Shown here: positions 51,714-63,945 of the stretch, one piece after another
How positions within the stretch are numbered: position 1 is the stretch's first letter
Layout: each line of letters begins with the position of its first letter
Assembly (NCBI RefSeq): GCF_001194135.2
Contig: NC_068984.1
Span: 87,669,820-87,733,819 of the forward strand
Direction: 5' to 3'
Length of the DNA: 64,000 nucleotides
Source of the DNA: Octopus bimaculoides
Taxonomy: Eukaryota
Translations under genes and position numbers: made by a program
The notes under the pieces: generated by a model
What the model was told of the DNA's origin: nothing
What the model saw: the letters and a program-made list of their open reading frames with translations, nothing else
The model's database searches: none

Positions 51714-52208
51714 TCTTCTTAATCCTTTTTGCCCCTTGTGGAGCATAGGGCCTCAACAGTTGTTTTCCACTTTTTGCGACCATTGGCATGTTTCTTGACC
51801 GCTTCCCATATCAGGCCAGTGTTCCTGAGCTCGTCCAAAATGCTCCGCTTCCATGTCTGTTTCGGGCGTCCTCGTTTCCTTTTCCCCTGCAGGTTCCAGT
51901 GAAGTGCTTGTCGTGTCACATTTGAGGGTTCTTTCTGCAGTGTGTGTCCGATCCATCTCCATTTCCTTCGTCTAATCTGAACATGTATGGGCTCCTGGTT
52001 GGCCCTTTCCCACAGGTCGATGTTTGGCACTGTCAAACCACTTCAGATGGAGGATCTGCTGGAGACATCTGTTGATGAAGGTCTGGATCTTCTTGTAGTT
52101 GTTGCAGGTGGCTCTCCATGTTTCAGAGCCATACAAAAGCACAGATTTTACGTTTGAGCTAAATAAGCGGAGTTTAATTCGAGTTGAGATGGCAGTGGAC
52201 TTCCATAC
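51711..52208 (-). mobile_element. Second RTE-clade LINE family, 3' fragment with (AAG)n tail
   Basis: KLRLFSSNVKSVLLYGSETW...IQTFINRCL / QIRRRKWRWIGHTL...WNLQGKRKRGRPKQTW...VEALCSTRGKKD*. Confidence 0.88.
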
Positions 52209-52313
52209 CGGCCGAAGAATAGTGAAGGCTATATATATATATACACACACACACACATGTTTATGTATTTTAAATGGTAAAATATGACCATCCCCAAGTA
52301 TAACAATATATAA

Positions 52314-52497
52314 TACAGTTCTATATTTAAGGGATGAGCAAGTATGTACATTATTTACATTTGACTGATATTTGTCCTCATCTTGTTTGTTGTTAACACA
52401 ACGTTTCAGCTTACATACCCTCCAGCCTTCATCAGGTGTCTCGGGGGAATTTCGAACCTGGGTTCTCATTCCTAAGGTATTTTTCGATGTTATTATC

Positions 52498-52528
<31 letters not shown>

Positions 52529-52593
52529 TCACTGCCTGGAATGGAACTCGGAATTTTGGGGTTAGTAGCCTGCGCTCTTAACCACTACGGCAT
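52314..52593 (-). mobile_element. SINE-like family D: tRNA head + (TAA)n + hammerhead-containing tail
   Basis: Reverse strand: gccgtagtggttaagagcgcaggctact...gagttccattccagg (A/B boxes), (taa)n, then gacacCTGATGAaggct...agctGAAACGTTgtgtt. Confidence 0.7.
52395..52440 (-). ncRNA. Putative minimal type I hammerhead ribozyme (Penelope-type)
   Basis: Stem I GACAC/GUGUU, core CUGAUGA (52435-52429), stem II GGCU/AGCU, GAAA (52407-52404), palindromic ACGU, cleavage triplet GUU. Activity not demonstrated. Confidence 0.6.
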
Positions 52594-52604
52594 ATATATA
52601 TTCT

Positions 52605-52885
52605 TTTATTCATTTTAGTCATTTGGCTGCAGTCATGCTGGAGCACCACCCTGAATTTTCTAGTTGAATGAATTAACCCCAATACTTATTTTTTTAAGCA
52701 TTGTACTTTTTCTATCAATCTCTTTTGCCAAACCATTAATGTAAACAAGTGGTGATGGGTAACAGACACAAAGACACACTGCCTGAGGCTATAGCAGAAG
52801 ACACCTGCCCAATGTACCACACAGTGGGACTGAACCTGGAACTATGTGGTTGAGAAGCAAGCTTCTTACCACACAGCCACGCCTG
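52605..52885 (-). mobile_element. SINE family A, decayed
   Basis: cagtcatgctggagcacc ... gacacctgcccaatgtacc...gggactgaacctgg...cttaccacacagccacgcc. Confidence 0.7.
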
Positions 52886-53256
52886 CACAGATATATATCT
52901 ATATATATAAATTTGACATGGTCGATTCTTTCTTGTCTTGGGATTCACAGTCAAACGGCTGGGTGGAATTGCACGAAAAATTACACAGATGTGTAGAATG
53001 ATCCGGTGGTGATGCTGGACTTTGTAGTTTTTCATAGCTCCCATGGTTACCAAGATAATCTACTATGATAATACTCTTGTGTTTATAAATGAGAAAGGAA
53101 GGGGTTAGGGTTAGGGATGATGAAAATTGTATGCTGAAAAAACTAAATCAAAAGCGTTTCAACACTGTGTGAATATGTGTATGTAAAAGTGGGTATGTGA
53201 ATGTGTGTGTGTGTGGGGGGGGTGCAATGGAAGTGGGATGGTGCATTTGTGTTCGC

Positions 53257-53531
53257 NNNNNNNNNNNNNNNNNNNNNNNNNNNNNNNNNNNNNNNNNNNN
53301 NNNNNNNNNNNNNNNNNNNNNNNNNNNNNNNNNNNNNNNNNNNNNNNNNNNNNNNNNNNNNNNNNNNNNNNNNNNNNNNNNNNNNNNNNNNNNNNNNNNN
53401 NNNNNNNNNNNNNNNNNNNNNNNNNNNNNNNNNNNNNNNNNNNNNNNNNNNNNNNNNNNNNNNNNNNNNNNNNNNNNNNNNNNNNNNNNNNNNNNNNNNN
53501 NNNNNNNNNNNNNNNNNNNNNNNNNNNNNNN
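53257..53531. other. Assembly gap (275 N)
   Basis: N run inside the predicted gene's first intron. Confidence 1.
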
Positions 53532-53570
<39 letters not shown>

Positions 53571-53804
53571 TTCTTAAGTTACCACTACTCTTCTACCCTG
53601 CCAGTGCACATATGCACCATTGCATGCATGCATATGTTTATATTCACATAAGCAATGCTATATTGAGTATTTTATGTAAGTCTGTTGTCCACCAAGTTCA
53701 GTAAGAGAATATGCTTACTCAGTCTACAGTCATAAAAGATACATTCTGCAGAAACGTGTATAATTATGTTGTTGAGACAAGCAGAGTCAGGATATTTTTT
53801 TTTT

Positions 53805-53997
53805 CCTTTGTACTTGTTTCACTCATTATACTGTAGCAATGCTGAGGAATTTTAATCAACTGAATCAATACCCATAGTTAGTTTCTTTTTAAACTTGGCA
53901 TTTATTCTATTTGTCTCTTGTTGAACCACTAAGTTACAGGATGTAAACACACCAACACCGCTTGTCAAGCAGTGGTGGGAGACAAACACATAGATAC

Positions 53998-54051
<54 letters not shown>

Positions 54052-54190
54052 GATGGGCTTCTTTCAGTTCCTGTCTACCAAGTTCACTCACAAAGCTTTG
54101 GTCAGTCCAAGGCTATAGAAGACACTTGCCCAAGGTGTCATGCAGTGAGAGTGAACCTGGTTGTGAAGCAAGCTTCTTACCACACAGCTA
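53805..54190 (-). mobile_element. SINE family A
   Basis: gaaccactaagttacagg...cgatgggcttctttcagttcc...gacacttgcccaaggtgtc...cttaccacacagc. Confidence 0.78.
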
Positions 54191-54464
54191 TATATACATG
54201 GATCAAAACAGTTTCATTCAGATTCTGGTAGAAACTTGAATAGATATGGAAGGGGGATCCCCTTCTGTCTCTGCCTCTACCTCTCTCCCTCCCTCCCTCC
54301 ATTGTCAATGGAACCTCACCCCCCAAAAAAACAACATTCTCTTATTCTAAACAAAACCTCCCCAAAAATATCTTTTTGTACATTCACACGTGTGTGTGTA
54401 TTGGGTTATCAGATAAATTCATTAATTTCTTTCCAATGTTATTTGACTTAATCATCTTCATTTT

Positions 54465-54690
54465 CATCATCATCGTTTAACGCCTGCTTTCCATGCTGGC
54501 ATAGGTTGGACAGTTTGACTGAGGACTGGCAAGCCAGGTGTCTGCACCAGGCTCCAATCTGATCTGGCAAGGTTTCTAATGCCAACCACTCCAAGAATGT
54601 AGTGGGTGCTTTTTACGAGCCACTGGCTTGAGGGCCAATCGGGTGGCACTGGCATCGATCATGGTCGAATGGTGCTTTTTACATGCCACA
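54465..54690 (-). mobile_element. RTE 3' UTR/tail fragment
   Basis: catcatcatcgtttaacgcctgctttccatgctggc...gtgctttttacatgccac. Confidence 0.8.
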
Positions 54691-54807
54691 ATAATATTTT
54701 TATTGTGTTGTTTTATGGGGGTTTTTTTTGTATCTCTGTTCTTCTGCAACAGCTTTTGTTTATCATTTTTGAAATTTGCTAAAACTTTATCTCTTTTCAG
54801 GTGTATG

Positions 54808-55280
54808 ATGATAGAGTGTCAAGTAGAAAAAGATAAGCATTTTTGATATTTGCTTCTCTTTGTTTTTCTAACAGGGTTCCAAAACTGTCAAAGCCACTTG
54901 ACATGGAGAAGATGCTATTATTGAAAGAAGCACACAGATATGGTTTCCACACTTCAAGAAGGGGAAATTCGACCTCAAAGACACTCCAACTTCCAGCCAG
55001 CTCATGCATTTCAATCAGTATCAATTGAATGGGCTCATCCATGCCAATCTACTAGAAAATGATACCACTACCTGTCACCTTCACAAATTTGGTGCAGGGC
55101 AGCCACATACTCTGAATGAAAGAGACAAATGCTAACACACATCTATCATTACAATTTGCTCTTCCAACACCAAGCTGCTTGCGGATACAGCGATTTTTTT
55201 ACTGCATCATCACCAGTGATGAAAAGTGGTATCTTTATAGTAATATGCAGCAGAAGAAAGAATGGTTGTTCACGGCTACT
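54808..55280 (+). mobile_element. Mariner transposase N-terminal fragment
   Basis: MIECQVEKDKHF*...GEDAIIERSTQIWFPHFKKGKFDLKDTP (HTH region), then CIITSDEKWYLYSNMQQKKEW (first catalytic D). Confidence 0.85.
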
Positions 55281-55984
55281 GCTAACCAGAGATGGAATGT
55301 TTATTCAGACAAAATAAATTATTATTGCTATTTGTTCAGAGAGATCTTATCCTCGTCTTTTCCTTCCATGAACTATGTATGGATTTGTGAAGCACCCAGC
55401 AAGTGCTAATCACATATTTTCCTACAGGTGTGATCTGATAGAGATATGGCAGCTATATTTTGTAGCTGTAACTCCATTTCAACCTTGATCATAGGTAATA
55501 GTGTATTTAGGATTACTTTATCTAATGTACTGTTTTTAAAAATAGGAAAGTGTGATTTGCAAGAGATATGGCTGTTATTTCTAGAATTTGGAGCAACTAC
55601 AATGAGGTTTCCTCATTCATTTGTCAAAAGGCTTAAGCTGTTACTGCTTAATCCAGGATGGTTTGAACAAAGAAATTTTAGCCATGACCATCCTGTCTCT
55701 TTTCAAATATAATAATATCTAGGACTACATTATCAAATATATTCTTTCATTTTATGTGATTCCAGGGAAATCTAGCTGTTATTTCAAGTGATCACTCGAA
55801 AAATCTTTCATTGGCTCAAACAGCTTAAGTTCATTATGTATGGTAAAATTTTTATGTTTTTCGGATTTTGAAGAAAAAAATGAAATTCTTGGAAAAACTC
55901 AGTCAACAAACCATTTTTCACTTGCATGTGTAGAAGATTCCAAGGCATTCCTACACATGTATGTCCTCTGCCTCTAACCGACTT

Positions 55985-57095
55985 TGTTACCTCATAACTG
56001 CCAGAAAATGGATAATTTTAAATGAAATTTTCTACAAAGACACTTCAGATGGTGTAGATTCTGATTATATCTGAATATGTGGTGAGGAGTTTTGAAAAAT
56101 TTACATGAGACAGCTTTCTTTGCTCATAACTTTCAGAAATATGGGCAATTTTTAAATGAAATTTTCTAATTTTCAGAATGTGTAGATTACCATTATATCG
56201 GAATTAAATTTGAAAAAAAAACAAAAACAAAAGAAATTGGTGGGTTCATACACATACATACTGACACACGTCACATATATCAACAAAATGAAACTTGAAA
56301 TTTTGAACAAAAAAATGCGACGTGTCAGTATGTGTGTGTACATGCTCACTATTTTTCTTTCACACATCAAATTCCGGCAATGTTTCGTTGATGGTCTAAA
56401 TCTTCGGCAATTTCCGTCGTAAAGAATTTTTATTTATATACCTTTATTTTCATGTCCTGTTGAAGGTAACATTTACTTAGAAGTCATGGCGGGGAGGGGC
56501 GGTGAAGAGTGAAATATGCACCAGCGCGCACGCACTCACACACGCACACACACACACACACACACATTGACTTTCATGCCCATGATATGAGTGCGTGAGT
56601 AAATACAAATACATAAAGCTGAACACGCACGCACACACAAACACACACATTGTTTCACATACAAACATACATACATACATACATTGTGTAAGAGTGTGTG
56701 TGTGTGTATGTGGTAGCGCGTTTCACCTTTCGCCTCCCTCACCGACTTCAACAAGACCTAAAAGTGAAACTAAATTCTTCACGGAAATTGCCGAACTATC
56801 AACTGGAAGAAAACGACAAGATTAAGACCATAATCATCACCCAAGTTCCGATATAATCGTAATTTACACACCCCGAAAAGTATTTGTAGAAAGTTTCATT
56901 AAAAAATCCATTTTTCTGAAAGTTACGAGGAAACAAAGCCAACTTGCGTGAATTTTCCGAATCTTCTCTTCCCACTCACAGAAAGTTTTCTCACAACAAA
57001 TTCCGATATAATCGAAATCAACACCATCTGAAGCGTATTTGTCGAAAATTTCATTAAAAAATATCCATTTTTCTGGAAGTTATGAGGAAACAAAA
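55985..57095. repeat. Modular imperfect palindrome (foldback-like element)
   Basis: Two ~100-135-bp subunits at 55985-56205 are mirrored by two reverse-complement subunits at 56845-57095; an inner inverted pair lies at ~56400-56430 and 56773-56798. Confidence 0.7.
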
Positions 57096-58066
57096 TCTGG
57101 GGTGGGGTTACAAACGTATGTAGGAATGCCAATTTTAAAATAATAGTTAGACAAAATGCTTCATCGTATTTAATATGGAAAACAGTTTTCCTTTTTTTTT
57201 CCGGTCTAGCGGGCAGCATGAAGAAGTGATATCGTTTTTGCGCGCATTCTACCAATGTAAACAATATGCTTTTAGGTAACTTACATATTAGCTTAATTTC
57301 TCTTTGACACTATCATCAAAACAAAGAATTACTTTCATTTACTTTAACGAAACAAATATATACACAATCATCAAACTTGTTATTGTTTTGAATGGAATTT
57401 AAGGTAGGAAATATCTGTGTTTTAGCAAACAATATAACTACTTCAGCTGCTGCTTTCAAACAATTTCAGCTGTCAGTGGATAAACTGTCAAATAAAAATA
57501 TACTGATCCAAAATTAATCCCCATAATCAGCCACCTATGTTTTACTTTTCATATTGTGAAACTTCGCGCATTTTTAAAATTCAAATTTAAGCACTGACTG
57601 AATAATTAATAGTTACTAAGTTAAATAGGCACAAATCCACAAAAATTTCTGCAGGGGCTTTAAAGATTTAAAGAACTAGTACTTTGTTTTATACATCGCG
57701 GAAGTAAATAAAGACAAAAAAAATGGTGAGATTAAGTCGGAAGGTAAAGGGGAATAACTGTATGTATACAATTCTTTGTCTCTGTTCCTTATGCATTCTC
57801 AAACGGCTCCACCAAATCAAATGTCAACATGTAATTTTTGTTTTCCTTTGGATTGAAACAATATAACATTTTCTCGAAAATAATCTTCTTATAGTCAACT
57901 ATAGTGACGGATATTTTATAATACGACGACAACGATGTCACACTTTGTATATGAGAGTGTATGTCTGTGAGTGTGCGTGTTTGCGCGTTCGTTGTACAAG
58001 ATCGTCCTTTCTATTGCGCGTTTGTTGAGTACGAGATTGTCCTTTCCACTGGAGGCACAAGGCCTC

Positions 58067-58228
58067 AAATTTGGGGGAAGGGATCAAGTCGATTACATGG
58101 ACCCCCGTGCGTAACTAGTACTTATTTAATCGACTCCGAAAGGATGAAAGGCTAAGTCGACCTCGGCGGAATTTGAACTCAGAACGTAGCAGCAGACGAA
58201 GCATTTCGCTCGGCGTGCTAACGATCCT
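58067..58228 (-). mobile_element. SINE family C, young
   Basis: ggcacaaggcctc...gtcgacctcggcggaatttgaactcagaacgtagc...cgtgctaacgat. Confidence 0.8.
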
Positions 58229-58823
58229 AACATTTTACACAATGACATCTCTCTGTCATTCTCTCTTCATGTTGTCAGCTACCCTGTCTAGCGTTTACCG
58301 TTGTAACAATGTCTGGTACCAAAAATGGTAAATATTTCGTACCTGGTGTGAAATAATATTTTCCCAGTTTTATTCGAGTGCATTTAACGTATCTAATCTC
58401 CAAACCCGCCGCAAGCCACTTTTTTCCGGAAAAGAAAGTGTGGGGAGAGGTTAAAAAAATGTTCTCAGCGAAATATCAGCGGGTCCTTTACCGCAAATAG
58501 CTGTTACGTGGTACTAGGGCGTGCTAGAAATAGCAGCCAAATCTTTCCTTTTCTCGGAAAAGGAGCTGTTTACGCGTGATTTCGATGTGACATTTGTTGA
58601 GAGTATGCGAACCCAGTCCTGTTTGTCATAAATATATACAGGTTGCTTAGATCTTATTTAAATAGTAGAACAGTCATATTTGATAGTTCTTTGTTTACAA
58701 ATTTCAGAAAATGAATTATTCATGGGATAAAAACTACATTGTTACGACGATGGTAGCCATTTACAATAAATCATTTTCCTTTTATGAAATAACAACAAAC
58801 AATTTCAAAGACAGTAACTTTAC

Positions 58824-58857
58824 CGTAAACTGGGGTCTGATAATTAGCTTCTGCCAT
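58824..58857 (-). CDS. Candidate first coding exon of CS-domain gene (MAEANYQTPVY + g)
   Basis: caacATGg start context and donor g|gtaaag; phase 1 matches exon 45869. No homology support seen. Confidence 0.5.
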
Positions 58858-61391
58858 GTTGCTGTAGTAATGCCTATCGGTGTAAACGTAAAAAATATCC
58901 CAGGGAAAATAATATCAATTTTTCCGACTGCGTCACTTTATATTAATTTATGGTTTGTTATAGATACCAACTTCAACATATATCTTAGGAAATGTAATCT
59001 TAAGAATTTATGTAATCACTAGACTATTAGATATTTATCTATACAAAAGTGTCTCCCAAATAGAAACGTTTGACTTTTTGGTCAAGTTTTCGCTGCTAAC
59101 TTAAGCCAAAATCCAAATGTTTTTGTCAAGCTATACCAGAACATATACGCACAAACACACATACATACATACATACATATTTCGTTTACAAAAATCCAGT
59201 GGCTATATGCTAGGGTCTACAACTGCTAGAGATGCCAATGTAATCCATAATTTCTTTGTGTATAACCTGAGGATTTATGCTAAAAGTGTTGACAATGCAA
59301 ACAAATTTAAAAAATAAAAAAACAGGGTAAATAACAACTGTTTCAAGTGACATAGGACTAGAATTTGGCCAAAAGTAGTCAAATTGCTGAACGTGGACAA
59401 TCAGTCACCCAAACCCAAAACATGTACATCGATCTCTTTCCTGTTCCACACAAAGAACACTACAAATAACTAGGTATTGATGAAAATATACAACATTCGA
59501 AAAATACTATAAATAACTAGGTATTGATGAAATTATGTCATAGGAAGGTGCTGTGAACAAAGAGTGATCCTGGAATATTACTCGAGAATTAGAAAAACAA
59601 AATAAGGACAGCCTTACAATACGACAATATCCCTCAATGTATTTGAAGTACCAGTGCTAATACCAATATTTGGGGTGCTTGAGTGAGGGGTGGGGTGAGG
59701 GGAGCGTGTCCCACTGAAGAAAAGAAGTACACCCTTCTAAATAATGTTACTACGCCCTTTTCTCCTGGAATTGTATTCCCTTCGAAAAATTCCTGGGACC
59801 GGCCCTGTGAGTGGTCTTTAGAGGAAATCCATTCCATAGACATTAAACCCCGAAAGATCCTGACATCAACAGAAAACATTCACAGAAACAATGATTTCTG
59901 TAGGCTCTACATAAGAGATGAAAGAGTTAGAGGTTTGATATTAGTACAGACAAATTCCGTATGTCATATAGTATCACTCAGATAGCATCTGCTAAACAAC
60001 TGTAAATATATAAACCTAATGCTGATATACAAAGAGAATACCATCCCACAAGTCGGCAGTGAGCTCTACCAAAACAACTGGACTAGCATACCTCAGAGAA
60101 AACCTAGATGTGAAACACTCAACCTACCAAAAAAAAAAAAAATGAAAAAATATGTATGAGTATGTTTCCCGAAGACTTGAACATGACACTAATACTGACA
60201 TGACTGGTGTAATTAATAGGGAAGCAAGGAGAGCGACCGCTCCACGACGAGTACATTTTAAAAAATTGGTGCCTTTTATAAAAAAAAAATTATCAACGAG
60301 TTAAAAATCATTTGGCATGTGTCATGGCTTCTTTTTTTATGCGCTCGCTCCACCTAACTTTAGAACCTAACTACGCCCCCCCACCACCGGAGCGGAGACT
60401 GCTACGTCACATTTCGAAGACTATACGTTTACGATCCAATAGGAGGAAACTGCTAAAAGTATTTAACGAACAAAAGGGACAGTGAAGTCTTTGGAGCCCG
60501 AAGATGCAACCGAAAACGTCGATTTGTCATATTTTTGTAGACATAACACGTTAGGGGTAGCAGCTCACAAATGTCATCAAGGTATTCTCATTCAATGCGA
60601 CATGACGAAAATGACTGTCCTGAGATGAATATAGAGAATCCCCCGAGTTATTGAGTACATGCATAAACATCAACACAAGGAATGTTGGCGGAACATTCCA
60701 ATCAAAAATTCTACAAAGTGCAAATAAAAGAGGTCGAATGTCGTTGTTTGGAACAAGCAAGGAAAGTAACCTGCCGGCAAAGAGATCAGCTACCCATCTG
60801 ATGCGATAACAACTATCCCATTTATACCAATATAGTTGGTGCTCTTGGTTTTGTTAGAAAATGCCTAAGAGACAGTTAGAAAAAGTTAGGGTTTTCAAAG
60901 AAAAAAAAAGTGAAACAACCAACGCGCACATTTACAAATACAATCTGTAAGCGTAACAGTAAAAATATGCAAAACTTTTCACAAGTTCAACATATAACAA
61001 TGATTTTGTTATCTTCATTCCAACGATGGAGCTTTGTATCTTTTGTCAGAGACCAACTTCTTCCCGATAGGAAGACTTCAAATAATTAAAAATAGAAGAG
61101 TGCATGCATCCATTCATGTATGCATGTAGCCAGCTCTTATACTCAGGCTAAAGATTTTCTTTTGTACCTATTATCACTGTATAACAAAATCTTATACTAA
61201 TTCTGCTTGTCATTCCGTTACTTGGCTCGTTGGTAACGCTTTCACGTGATTAGAGAAGGAAAGGGAGAACGAACAGAGGGAGACATAAAAAGACGGAGAG
61301 TGAAGCGTCCATGACGTGAGGGAGAGGGAAAGTAATTGTATTGAGTAATCATGGATAAATTACTTCATTAATTTATGATGATGATGATGAT

Positions 61392-61591
61392 TGTTATAAA
61401 CCCAAACTCGAATATCAAAATTTAAAAGGTTTTAATCGACTAAAAATACAGCAATATACAATACAAAGATTGCTAAATTGTAAGCAAAACCAAACTTCAA
61501 CGCAATAACATTTTTATGCAGCGAGTTACTACATTCTCGACTAACTGAAACCAACACTGAACACGTCATTCCGCAGACAGAACAGATGATA

Positions 61592-61626
<35 letters not shown>

Positions 61627-61647
61627 AATGATGATAAAGTATTCACA
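61392..61647 (-). repeat. 3' LTR (probably 256 bp, TG...CA) with an (ATC)n tract
   Basis: The CA end is fixed by the match to 63983. The TG start at 61647 (tgtgaatac) is inferred; 61533 is an alternative start. Contains an Inr-like TCAGTT (61548-61543) and ATTAAA. Confidence 0.6.
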
Positions 61648-61719
61648 TTGAGTGTCAATAGCGTTCTTTAATTTTGAACCATTTCTGAATTCTGTCACCT
61701 CTTTGTCAATGCAGGGATA

Positions 61720-63945
61720 ACGACGCTCATTTGGGTTGAGGGTTCTTGTAAAAATGCAACTGGCTTTTCGTTTTGGTGTAAAATGCCAGATATAGCTACC
61801 TCCGATGCGTCTGTTTCTATTGAGAAAGGAAGGCTTTCATCAATCACTTTTAAGGTAGCGTTTGCTAAATCATCTCGTAAAGTTTTTAAACTTGACAAGG
61901 CTAGTTCACTCAAAGAAAAATATTTAGTATCAACCAACGGTTTTATCTTGTCAGAGAATTTTGGAATCCATTTAGAATAATACGCAAATAGACCAATAAT
62001 TCGACTCAATACTTTGTGGGTACTAGGAATAGGTAGTTCTAGTAAGGGTTTTACCCGGTCAGGGTCAGGTTTCAAGTTACCATTTTGAATTTTATAGCCA
62101 AGCAATCGAATCAGTGTAGTGCTGTAAATGCATTTGGTACCATTAAAAGTTAAATTACAGTCCTTAGCAACTTGAAGAAAATGTTTTAAATTTCGATCAT
62201 GTTCTTCCTTCGATTTACTACACACAGTTATATGGCTACAATTATGGTTTTCGATTATATTATCGATCATTCTCTGGAAACAGGGTACTGCATTTGTAAG
62301 TCCGAAAGCAATACGTTTACTTTGATATAATTTTCCCTGCGCTTCGAAAGCCGTGTAAGGTCGATCTTCAACTGGAATCTCAACTTGATGTGCTAAAATA
62401 ATTTGAGATCCAGTGTGCTAAAATAATTAAATTGAGCTATTTTTGTGACCACGTCATGTATATTTGGCAGTGGATATCCATTTAATTGCGTAAACTTATT
62501 TATAGTCTCACTATAATCAATACACAGTCTCTTGCGATAATTTTCTCCTGATATTACCAATACCTGGGCTCGCCAGGGAGAAACATTGGGCTCGATTGCC
62601 CCTTCTGCCAGATCTCGGCTTATAGTATCAGCAATAAATTTTTCATTATTGGCTGACTGTCTTCTCGATTCCGTAACTATGGGTTTACAGTCAGAGTTTA
62701 AATTTTCAAACAACCCCGGTGTAATGTCACTTTTAATGCACTTTAGAGATCCTAAATGTAACGGGGGCTTATCGCCGTCAAAAGTAATTTGTATATGTTT
62801 TAAGAAATTTTGTCCTAAAATTATATCTAGAAACAAATTATCAAGTACCACCAGCTTTACTTGCTCGTAAATTCTTCCTTGAAGTTCAATTGAACTCATA
62901 CAATAACCGTCGCTTTGGGAACGATTTCCAATGACAGCCATGTTAATTTCATTCCTTCACCACCAATTTGCTTTTCTTTGCAAAGTCTCTGCTAATATGA
63001 TTCATAGTAGAGCCGGTATCAATCAAAGCAAATGATTTCACGCCGTCGACTGTTATTGTATAATTAACTTTAGTAGTAGCTCCACCTTGACATAAAGCCG
63101 CGGCGAAGTTGCCATCATCTGGAGCTGCTGATGTCTTATCAAAATTTTTACGGTTACTTGATCGGCATTCTTTAGCAAAATGACCAAAATATCCACATTT
63201 GTAACACTTGCTCCGCCTAGCAGGACATTTAAACCTCAGATGAAAATCATTAGATCCGCAAAAGGTGCAGGATTTTTGAGTTCGTTTTGTCGCTGCACAA
63301 ACTGTGTTTCCGTCAGGAATTGAGATTTTGTCTTCTTTACGTGGAATAAACGTTGACAAACAGCTTCCTCGACTGTTTATAGCAGACTGACTGCAATTAT
63401 ACACTTCGGAATTCCTTTGAGCAACTTCCAGCGTGCGGGCTTAGTTAAATGTCCCTTCTAAAGTTATCGTCGCATCTTGAATACTTTCTAAAAGTCTAAG
63501 GTAAGTTGAAGATGACGTTAATCCCGAGATAAATGCGTCACGAACAGCTTCATTTTTGTGAGTCTCAGCATCCACTGCTCTGTACCCACAATCTTTAGCT
63601 AGTTTCAATTTCTGTAAATAGTCGTCAACTGATTGACCTGGTTCTTGTTTACATGTCATTAAAAGGTGTCTCGCAAAAATAATGTTCAAGGGTTTCACGT
63701 ACAGTCTCTCCAGAGTTCGAATTGCTTCTGCGTAATTCTCACCATTCACTTATGAGTTCATAAACGTCTTTATCTATGTGCGCTTTTAAACATCTAAGCT
63801 TGCTTTCATCCGTGATAGGCGGTTCAGCAGAAAATGATTCTAAAAATTTTTTTAAAGTTCTGAACCAATATTTCCATTCTTTTGAAGCTTGACTCGAACT
63901 TGGATCAGCGGTGAACAAATTAGGTTTTATAAATTTGCTGTCCGT
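61720..63945 (-). pseudogene. Disrupted gag-pol of the Gypsy element
   Basis: ORF pieces 63441-63749, 62949-63404, 62393-62941 and 61695-62270. ACG stands at the expected start (63945-63943), and the RT catalytic YLDN is missing. Confidence 0.85.

Noticed and set aside
52925-53058. Open frame DYLGNHGSYEKLQSPASPP... after an AG on the minus strand
   Set aside because: Only weak donors, and no similarity to the CS domain or any family I recognise.
53105-53116. (TTAGGG)2
   Set aside because: Only two units; too short to call interstitial telomeric sequence.
58711-59022. 103-aa plus-strand ORF
   Set aside because: AT-rich with no recognisable motif; it overlaps the candidate first exon on the opposite strand.
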